Positions 50,861-61,592 of a stretch of DNA of 64,000 nt are shown in pieces. The position numbers were made by a program, and so were the translations under genes. Numbering within the stretch: the stretch's first letter is position 1; each line of letters opens with the position of its first letter. The DNA comes from Azolla caroliniana. Its lineage: Eukaryota > Plantae > Polypodiophyta. A model generated the notes under the pieces. It was not told the origin of the DNA. It did no database searches and worked only from the letters and a program-made list of their open reading frames with translations. The stretch covers positions 14,632,001-14,696,000 of the forward strand of contig JBHGNT010000001.1 of the NCBI GenBank assembly GCA_043228905.1. The letters are read 5' to 3'.

Positions 50861-51786
50861 TACCCTAAATGTCTTTAAAAGGAGAAAATAACCTAAGAAA
50901 TCACAAGTCACATCCATGTCAATCCAATGGAATGTCTGGTAAATTTAAGCAAAAGTAAGAGTCCTAAACTAAGTAGTTGCCATATGCAACTAGGCTATGA
51001 TACAGGTAACATGGGTACATTGTATCGATTAAATATATATTGGGAAGAGGTAGAATGTGTGGATCATCTCATGACAGCTCCCATAGGATGATGCCATATT
51101 ATACCAAAGGATTGAGAGGGCAATATCCTCTCTTCTGAGAGTGTCCATTGACAATCTCTGTAGAAGATTTATGTCTGTATGGATGAAATGTCTGTATGTG
51201 CAAGCTACCCCTATATTGGCAAGCTCCTAAATGGAGAAATCCTCTGTTTCATGTTGCATAACCAGGGAAGGTTGCTCAATCACTGTATTATCTGTCCATC
51301 CCCAGTCTAGATCATGATGCTGTATGCTTCACACTTTTGGCTTACACTGCAGATTGGATAAGTAGCCCTCCACACTTGTTCTTGTACATACTGCCCGTTA
51401 TGCCACTTAAAGAGGATTCATACAGGTTTCATCGGTAGGTTAATGCATCCCATAATATCCGGCACATATAGTATGGCCTATGGCACATTGTATGTTTCTT
51501 TACAGTAGAACTACAAAGGATCATGTGGCTACGACCGCTATGTATGTATAGTCTAAGTTGGGAGCTGACAATATGCACTGTGCAATTTTATCCCAATATG
51601 TATAGTGTATACTTATGTATAGTCTGAGTTGGGAGCTGACAATATGCACTGTGCAATTTTATCCCAAGGTTAATCAATCTCAGAGGAGATTCCGAATCTA
51701 CTGTCCACCTGAAATGATTCCTAGATTGCGGGAATATGGCTCTATACTTATATCCTTTTATTTTTCTTGTGCAGTTATTGTTTACA

Positions 51787-54700
51787 ATGGAGGTTGAAGC
51801 CGTAGAAGAAGGTTTTGTACCATATGTTAGTGAAGCGATCTTGGGTCCCAACCGCCCAATTCTTAATGCTTTGAAAAATATTGTCACAAAGTACCCCTCC
51901 TTTGCAAAGACAATGCAGAAAAGATGTCTTGGTTCATGTGCGAAACTGGTAAGGATGAAGACTGATGGTGCTATGGGGTATAATTGAATCCTTCTTGAAT
52001 TGACCTCATGTGAAATTGTGGCAGGCACTTCCTGTTATGTTCATGAGCACCTACTTAATAGGATCAAAAGGACAAGCTACACTAGAAGATGACGAAGGTC
52101 GTAAATGGAGAGTAGAATGGATAAGCTACATGCAATCAGGAAGAAGACTTAAATTCACAGTTGGTTGGCCAGAATTTGCTTGCGCGCAGAATATTCAGGA
52201 AGGGGACTTGCTTATCCTTCAAGTTGTGTCACCCATCCATTTTAAGCTTCACATAATACCTCTTGGTGGTAACTACACAAGTCAACGAAGTTTAGAGTTG
52301 GTATTTTTGCTTGTGATGAATTTCTCTATTAAAGTATTTATACATTTTAATGAGGTATTTATTGTATTTTCTGCTTGTTAAGGATGGTGCTTCAGAAAGA
52401 AAAATGGTTTTGTCTCCCATCTGCCATACAGATTCACCAGATATAGAAACTGAAACTGTAGAAAGGATTCCTGTGATACCAGATGCAGAAGTGGCAAAAC
52501 ATAAGCCTCTTTCAAAAACGGTGTATAAGACATCAATGTGCAAGAGACATTTGTCAGGGAAGAACTCAGAAATACCTCCCTCTAATTTGTCAACATCTAA
52601 ATACTCAAATATGGCAGGGGTAACTTCTGGATTAGATCAGCTTGTTCAGGCATCCCTTTTCTCAAATAGTGTTTTTGGACAGAAAGATTCAAGCTATACT
52701 ACCGTTGATGATGGAAATCAGGTTTCATATTCTCATAATGCAATGAGTAAATCATCGTCAGACACATACATGGTAACAAAAAAGCAAACATTTGACAAAA
52801 ATCAGGTATATCGAGCTCGCTTCTGTGGATCTAGCAAGGACCCTTGCTGTCATTATGCTTTACATGGTTTCCGGTTCTGTATTAAGCACATCTTAGAGGA
52901 TCATTTAGCCCCTTACAAGCAATGTGATTATTTCGAATGTCATACACAGATGAGGTGTCCATATCCTGTGTGCGTTAATGTAGTTGATGCAAGGTAATTT
53001 AATATATTTCTTTTTCTTTCCTGATGATGACTGATTATACTTTTATATAAGACAAATATGATTGTCTTCTGTGGGATTCACAGGTTCTGTCAACTCCACA
53101 AATCCAGGACGAGTTTGAGCATGTCTACAGGATTGAGATTTCAGAACAGTCTTTTGGCATTGGGGACATTTTCTTCAGTTGTGATGGCCGCAGCAGTGGC
53201 TCATGAACTCACGGGGGAAACATATGCTCTTCTCAATAATGCGATGCAAATGTCAGAGAGTGAGCGGGTTTTGCCATCACTAGGAAATGATAAATGTTTA
53301 CAATGGATCCCTACTACAGGGATGAGAACAAAGGATTTTCAAGGAGCTGATCCACTTACTCTTGGAGTTGAATTTCATTCTGTATCTATGGACTATCATA
53401 AACTATTCACAAGTTGCTCCCCTTCCTTAAGAACATTGAATGCTGCTAATAGCATAATCCATGGTAGCATGAAGAGAAAATTTAAGAAAACACGAAAGGA
53501 AAGTATCATAAAAGTCAATGAACTGACAACTTTGCTTGAGGTTGGACCCTTAAATTCAACACAAATGGGTCACATGTGGACACCTTTGAAGTGGCAAGAT
53601 TCTGTGATTTATGCTAGGGACACAATCTTTGAGAAATTGGAGATAATACCTTTAATAGATGTGGGTGTAATGGATACAACGACAGTGGGATTGATGTGTG
53701 GATTGGAGGGAGTCTTCAGGTTGGCTCGGTGTAACAAGAAACATAGGGATTTGGCAATAGTAAGGAGTCAGGGTAAACGCATTTGCTTTTCAAAATTTGT
53801 TGGCGTACGCAAACGTCCATGGGGTGCTTATGGTGCTGAAATTCGTACTCCTGAAGGAAAGAGGCTCTGGCTCGGAACCTTTCCAACAGAAGAAGAAGCA
53901 GCACATGCTTATGATAGTGCAGCTCGCATGTACCGAGGGGAAAGTGCAATCACTAACTTCAACCAGTCCACAAACAAGGAGGATATTCCTCAATCTGAGG
54001 GTAATTCAATGGCTCTGAAAAGGAAAAATTCGTCAATTATAAAGAGAGAAGACAAAAATCCCTTGGCAAATGCAAAGAATAGCAGTAATTATGTGCCTGA
54101 AGTGATGCTGGAATTTAAAACTGATCTGAATACTTCAAAGAAAGAAAAGCTAGAATCTTTGAGAGATGAGTATTGCAAGGAAAAGAGAGATTCTTTGATT
54201 CGTTGTGGAGTAAACATGGCTTCGGAGATTGATGTGATTTCTGATCAAGAGGTTGAGGAGACTTCAAGATTTCTCCTAAGTTTGAGGGAAGAAGCTCAAT
54301 TCACCCTCAGCCAAAGAGAACCTGATCTAAATGAATTTACCAAAGTAAATGCTACAAAAGTCCCTTCATTGTTCTTGAAAGGGGATTCAAAAGATGATTC
54401 AAGTAATGGGGAATATCAAGATGAAGCTAAAAAGTTGAAAATGGTAGTGAAGCAGCGCCATGCGAGGGCTGGTGTTTCACGCATTATTCGGCCAAAGAAG
54501 AAATTTAAGAGCTTGTCGTCCACTGTGTCAGGAGTGGAAATTGATGCTGAGAATTCGTGCACCATTAAGAGTGGGGCGCAAATAGCCCTATCTAGTGAAG
54601 GAGAATCTCCTCCTGAGCAGGACAATGTGGTTATCAGTGCTGAAAGTTTTCAACCAACCAAGAAGAAGGATATAATCTCAGATGGCAAAGAAATACTTGA

Positions 54701-55655
54701 CACTGTTATTTATGACAGAAAAAGGGAAATTGAGGCTGTGGAAGACCCTTATTCACAAGAATGTAAAATAACTTCTTGCAATGCAAAGGAGAATATAATT
54801 TGTATTCCGATGGGCACGGCATCTGCACGAAGTCTGAAAAACCATTCTGTAGGTGTTCTCCGGTCATCCCAGAAAGATGATGAAACAAATAAACTCTCTT
54901 TAAAGGCATGCCATTTTAAGGAAGAGCTACACAATGAATTTACCACAGAAGGTGTTAATTTCCCTCGATCTAAGAGAGCTCTAGTGGAAAAGCTTGAGCA
55001 TGGAAAGGATGTGAAACGCACTCGGAAACCTGTTGAATCAACCTCAATACGAATGAGATGTAAAAACACTCTGTGTGGATTTGATAGTGGCTTCTACATA
55101 GAGTCAGAGTATTCTAGAGTTTACAAGACTACATCGAGGCAGCGTGCAAAGCAAGAGAGAGAGCACAAACAACAAGAAAAAGCTGCTTCTTCCGTAGGGT
55201 CTATGAGGACCTTAAACAGCAGGCAAAACTCTTTAGTCAAGCCAAAGAGCATAAAAGAAGAGGTTTTGTATGGGAGTGAATGTCTGATTGCGAAAGAACT
55301 GATAACACCCAATGAGCAGAAGATAGGTAAAGAAGCAGCAGATGCAGAGTACACACTAATGGATAATTGGCAGAAACCTTCAAAATTCGAGTATTCTAAG
55401 TCTTGTGAAGCAGATGGGCTCCCTAGAGAAAGAATAAGGGGGTCGAGGAGATGGCCAGGTTACCGAGGTGTATACTTCACTCGGCAGCGGTTTCAGTCCT
55501 TGTGCTACAACCCTGCTACAAAAAAGCATGTCTATATGGGAACTTTTCCGACTGCTGAAGCTGCAGCTTGTGCATATGATGAGGCTGCTCTCAGCATATT
55601 GGGCCACTCTGCCGAACTCAATTTTCCACGTGGTCAGAATGCTCATTCAGGTTGA
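51787..55655 (+). CDS. Host transcription factor, ~1206 aa: B3 + C3HC3H zinc finger + two AP2 domains; exons 51787-51948, 52025-52300, 52383-52993, 53084-55655
   Basis: GT-AG introns with matching phases (0,0,2) give 3621 nt; B3 (SFAKTM..LALP..LED.EGRKW.V..GWPEF....I.EGDLL); zinc finger (C...[23 protein letters not shown]...C.YP...RFCQLH); AP2 ([32 protein letters not shown]; [22 protein letters not shown]). The exon-2 donor is the least certain junction. Confidence 0.85.
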
Positions 55656-56381
55656 GAGAATCGTTGTATGCCTACTTCCCTTTCCACCGCCCAATGAATG
55701 CAAGTGAAAACTAATTCTTTTCCTCCTTTTGATGAGTGAATACAAAACTGATTGGGGCTTAACTATCTTATGCCAGCAGTGTTCATCCTTACTCTTCTTT
55801 TTTAATGTAGCTTCCAGAGGGTAGCCTGTTAAGAATTGTAACATTTGTAAAATTTTCAATGAATTAATTGATAGATACAGCTATATTTCAAATTGAACTG
55901 GCATTGAAGACGTATTGTGACCTTCAAACGACCATAAACCCCATCATATCAGTGAGATGATTGTTTATCTGACCTTCGAAGGATCCTGATTCCTAATATG
56001 TCTTTTGAAGGATCATAAAGGCCGTCATAAATGCCATCATTCCTGACCAGTTTATTTGTTTACTCTCATTCAGCATGTTCTGCCTCAACAGTTAAAAATC
56101 TGAGTACATATTATCACCCAAATGAGTGAGATGAAATCAATACAAAAGTGCATTTAGGTTTTGGAAGGTTTCCTAATTCATTAAGATATATGCATGACTA
56201 CTTCAGTTGCTGACTTAATAAAACTAATTGGTTGTGATTGAAATAGCCAAATTTCCGGTAGGTATCTATCCCTGTTTGTGGCCTAACATACAATCCATTC
56301 CATAAATTGGTTGAGGGCTTCTGCTCATTATAAACAGAAGTAATAAGTATGACTGACCATGATGGGAACTTTTGCCTCAAG

Positions 56382-58379
56382 TGTTAAGATTTTCAATCTC
56401 GTATAATTGATGTCCACAAAAGTGTTAGATATAACAGAACAGTTTCAAAGCAACTCCTTTTAGTTGCCACAATAACTCTACATTACATCTAGATTAGTTA
56501 CTATTATTAACTGTATTTTCAAACATATCCAATGTTCCCTCCACTTCCTCTATTATATAAGGAGGAACCCGGGAAGTGTAAAGGTGTAGTATTATTCTTT
56601 TAGTTGTATTCCAGTTTGTATTCCCAACTTATTATTTATTACATAGTAGTTGCAACTTTCCTTATTTTTGTTCATGTGCCTCTCACTTCCTTACATGGAG
56701 GTTGATGACGTTTATAAAATCACAACAGCAGTAGAAATGTGGTCTAAACTAAAACAAATGTTTGAACCAGAAGATGGTACTACTAGAATCCATACTCTTG
56801 CTACCCTATTTCAGATGTGTGTTTTGTAGGAAGAAGAAGATGTTCTTACCTTCTTGGATACCTGGGAGACATGTCTCATGTTGAGAATGAAATCTCAAAA
56901 GAAATGAAGATTGGGATCCTATTGAGTAAACTTTCAGAATCTTGGAATACTTTTATCACCATGAACAACCGGGGTAACTCCTTATCTTATTTGATTACAA
57001 ATGTTCGTCATGAAAATCTACGACGACAACTAAAAAGTTCTATTCCATCAATGACAACGACTAATGTAGTCAACAAACCACAAAAATCTTCATATAACAA
57101 TCGTTACAAGCCTAAATTTGACAATTACAGATACACTGAAGTCTCTAATGCAAGAAAGGGAAATGAATCACAGAGAACTTCATCAAAACACCTTGGTGGA
57201 GGTTTCAATCTAGTCTGAAGGTATTTGGTATTGCAAGAGAGAAGGGCACACTTAGAGGGTTTGTCAATTCAACCAATATGTAGACAATAAGAAACAACCA
57301 CAAGTTGGACAAGCTATAGTAGATGGACTTACAATTCATTTTTGCAAACATAAAACAATTCTATAGTTTCATGATGGTAACTCATCCATTCAAATGGTTT
57401 GTCCTAAAGAACACCATATGTATCCAGCCCATAATCAATTACCATATGCATTAATTGCACATATACAACAAAGAACCAATCAATTCAATCAGCTACATAT
57501 TTATGGCATTGTTGTTTTGGTCACATGCATATTTCAACACTTTAACAGTGTCAACAACTAAAGGGCACACTGAGAGGGTATGTCGATTTAAGCAATCTGC
57601 AGACAATAAGAAACAATCACAAGTTAGAGAAGCTATAGTAGATGGACTTACAATTCATTTTTGCAAAGATAAAACAATTCTAAAATTTCATGATGGTAAC
57701 TCATCCATTCAAATGGTATTTCCTAAAGAACAACATCTATATCCGGTTCATAATGAGTTACCATATGCATTAATTGCGCCTATACAAACAAAGAACCAAC
57801 CAGTTCAATCAGCTACGTATTTATGGCATGATCATTTTGGTTACATGCATATTTCATCACTTCAACAATTTTGCTAACTAATGCGAAGTAGTGTTTTTTT
57901 GGAAAACAAAAAGAATAAAAGGATTACTAACAATAGGCATCAAATTTGTTTCTATATGTGAAAGCTACTTGTTTGGAAAGCTGTCCTATCAGCCATTTGC
58001 CAAAAGCAAGACTGTTATAGAATTCCTACTTCAACTGATTCATATGGAACCGTGTGGGCCATTTCCTGTACCGTCTCTCTCTAGAGCAAGGTATTTCATT
58101 TCATTGATTGGTAATACTATTGGATTCACAATATTCAACGTCCTAAAATAGAAAAGACCGTGAGGCATTTGTAACATTCTGTATATACAAACAACTTGCA
58201 AAAAATCAGAATTCAAGAACCATTAAAAAGGTTAGAAGTGATAATGGTGGAGAATATGTATTCCAAGAATGGGAGATTTTTTTCAACAAAAATGGAATTA
58301 ATTAGAAAACAATACCCTACACTGTACAACATAATGGCATTGCCGAAAGAAAGAACAAATTGTTGTTAAACGTTGCTCG
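56382..58379 (+). mobile_element. Old degenerate Copia (putative LTR ~56382-56695, gag, INT) with an internal ~315-bp tandem duplication
   Basis: LWHDHFG, CESYLFGK, CGPFPVPS, RSDNGGEY and NGIAERKN remnants; 57245-57560 is repeated at 57560-57875. Confidence 0.7.
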
Positions 58380-61300
58380 TGTCATGAATAAATAAACATC
58401 ATGGCTTCACTTGGGCTTGAACCCAAGACCTTATAATACATAATCAAGAACCTTACCATTAAGATAGCCTATGATCATATAAAATGATATATATATATAT
58501 ATAAGATACTTCTTGTAATACATCGATTATTGTAAATACTCTGGAACATTCTAGAACATTCTAGAATATCCTAGAACATCTTAGAATATTCTAGGGCTAG
58601 AACATTCTAGAACATTATAGAAATCTCTAGGCTATTGTATAGGAACATATAAATATAAACATACAATTCTTCTCAAACCAATTCGAATCAAAACCAGCCT
58701 TAAGGCTTGTTTCAGAGATATAGATGGGGTAATAACAACAATCAACAAGATTCGTACACTACGTCAAGGTGATCAACCAACATCAACATATGTAGCTAAT
58801 TTCCGTCTCATCGCAAGCGATATTCCTTGGGATGAAGAAGCCCTAGGGATGAAGAAGCCCTAATGGAGAAATTTCGTTCCGGTCTTCGTAGTGATGTGAA
58901 GGACTTCTTACCTTCCCCAAGGATCCAAAATCACTTATAGAAGCTATTAGTTGAGCAATACGGTGTGATAATTATCTTTTTGAGCGTCGATGTGAGCGAC
59001 AACAACAAATAACAAGATCAACATTCACACCAACTTATGCATCAGTAACGGTGCAATCATCTCCAAGGCAAACATATAGCCCTGCTCCAACACCAAGGCA
59101 AACACGTAGTCCAACCCCAATGGATAGGCCTACACGCATGGAGATCGATATGACCCAACGACGATGACCATTGCTGGGCGAAGAGAAGCAACGACACCGA
59201 GCAAACGGTCTATGCTTGTACAACCTAGTGTAAGTTCCATTTCATCCAAGCATGTTAGTAGAGTCTTCTCAACCCAAGCACAAGTTAGGACACCGAGTTG
59301 TCAACTTCAGGTCCAAGCCCTCTTAGATACTGGAGCCAATTCTTGTTTCATGGATAGAGATTTTGCCCAAAAACATCAAATATCCTTGCATACCCTTCCT
59401 TGCCCAGTTTCCATAGTAGTGATTGATGGACGTCCCATAGCTTCCGGGTAGATATTCGAAGAGTTTGAGGCAATACACATACTCTTAGGTGATTTAGGAT
59501 GTGTAGTTTCCTTTAACATAATCCGTAGCCCCGAGCATCCAATTGTCCTTAGTTTGCCATGGTTCGAGCTACATAACCCAAGAATCGATTGGAGGAGGCG
59601 AGAAATTTGGTGCCCTTTAGTAGAAAACATCATTGCTAAGAATCAAACCCAAGACTATTCCCTTAAACAATATAGTTCCACTAGTGCACCATCTCTTTTT
59701 CATCAAATCTCAACTATCACATTACAACAATTGTCCCAAGTGGGAGGAAAGGAGGAGCTTTTCTTATTTGCAATATAAGTGACACCTTCTAGTGCCACTC
59801 AAGGGAATTCAGGCATCTAAATTCCCGAAAAATATCAAGAATATGCTGATGTTTTCGACAAAGTCAAAGCTAGTGTACTTCCAAAGCATCGGCTGTACGA
59901 GGGCCACCATGGGGCCTGATCTACAATCTATCACCAACTGAGCTTGAGGTTCTTCAAGAATACATCGAGGAGAATCTTGCACATGGGTTTATTCGACATT
60001 CAAAGTCTCCATCCGGTGCTCCTATATTTTTTGTGAAGAAAAAGGACGGTTCTCTTCATTTGGTCGAGGAGAATCTTGCACATGGGTTTATTCGACATTC
60101 AAAGTCTCCAGCCGGACCTCCTATATTTTTTGTGAAGAAAAAGGACGGTTCTCTTCATTTGGTCGTGGTTCGTTTGGTCAAGGAGAATCTTGCACATGGG
60201 TTTATTCGACATTCAAAGTCTCCAGCCGGACCTCCTATATTTTTTGTGAAGAAAAAGGACGGTTCTCTTCATTTGGTCGTGGTTCGTTTGGTCAAGGAGA
60301 ATCTTGCACATGGGTTTATTCGACATTCAAAGTCTCTAGTTGGTGCTCCTATATTTTTTGTGAAGAAAAAGGACGGTTCGCTTTGTTTGGTCATGGACTA
60401 TAGGGGATTAAATAAAGTCACCATAAGAAATAGGTATGCTCTACCTTTAATCTCTAGTCTTTTAGAGCGCATTGGTGCGTCAAATCATTTTACAAAGATT
60501 GAATTAAGGGGTGCATATAATCTTGTTCGCATTCGATCAGGAGATGAGTGGAAAACTGCATTTCGCACTCAGTATGGTCATTTTGAGTATACAATCATAT
60601 GCTTTTCAGGCTCACAAATGCACCCACAGTTTTCCAACATATGGCAAATGACATTTTCCGGGATTTTCTGGATATCTTTCTCATCATCTATTTAGATGAT
60701 CTATTGATTTACTCTAAAACAGAGGAGGAGCATGATATACATGTCCGGAAAGTACTTGAACGCTTAAGAAAGTATGGTGTATATGCTAAACTTGAGAAGT
60801 GCAGTTTTGACAGCGAACAAGTCGAATTATTGGGTTATACTATTTCATCCAAGGGTATCTTCATGGATCCAATAAAAGTCAAAACAATATTGGAATGGGA
60901 ACCCCCACATTCTGTTCGAGACGTACAATGTTTCCTTGGATTTGCTAACTTCTATCGCAAATTCATATGGAATTATTCAAAGATCGTGTTGCCTCTCACC
61001 CAACTCCCCAAGAAAAATCAAGCATTTGTTTGGACTATTGAAGCAGACACAACCTTTACTTAGCTCAAAGAGGCATTCACATAAGCTCCTATCTTAGTGC
61101 ATATTGATCCTGGAAAGCCATTTACTATTGAGGTGGATGCGTCAAAATTTGCATTGGGGAGTATCCTATCACAACTAGGCAAGGATGGGTAGTCCCATCC
61201 AGTCGCGTTTCACTCTAGAAAATTTACTGATGTGGAAATAAACTATGAGGTGCATGACAAGGAGTTACTAGCCGTGGTCGACTCTTTCGAGCAATGACGA

Positions 61301-61592
61301 CATTTCTTGGAAGGATCACCTCATCAAATCATCATTTATAGTGATCACAAAAATCCTATGTATTTTCAAACGGCTCAAGTGTTAAATAGGAGACAAGCTC
61401 GGTGGGCACAGTTTCGAACTCATTTTGATTTCAAGATCGTTTTCCGCCCCGGGAAACAACAAGGGAAGGCAGATGCTCTATCTTGGCATTCATATCTTGC
61501 ACCTCGACCTGGATATCCGGCCTTTGACAATCAAAAGCAATTTCTCCTAGAACCATCAAAGCTACAAGCAACAACAATTTATGCCACGCCGT
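58380..61592 (+). mobile_element. Tcn1/Tf1-like Gypsy T1, degenerate (partial LTR, gag C-terminus, PR, RT, RH)
   Basis: Starts TGTCATG inside the Copia INT; LLDTGANSCF; KKKDGSL..DYRGLNK..WKTAFRT; YLDD; RQARW; R/U5 and the gag N-terminus are deleted near 58703. Confidence 0.85.
59965..60392 (+). repeat. Four tandem copies (99-114 bp) of the RT N-terminal segment
   Basis: ENLAHGFIRHSKSP...IFFVKKKDGSL repeated in frame. Confidence 0.9.

Noticed and set aside
51787-55655. Gene symbol RAV or AP2
   Set aside because: Domain order and content match neither family, so no symbol was assigned.
59965-60392. CRISPR-like array
   Set aside because: The units are duplicated RT coding sequence with no unique spacers, in a eukaryotic context with no cas genes.
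58376-61592. Counting T1 and T2 insertion sites in the CpG target pattern
   Set aside because: T2 follows CCGT but T1 follows CTCG; only one flank is visible and TSD length is unknown.
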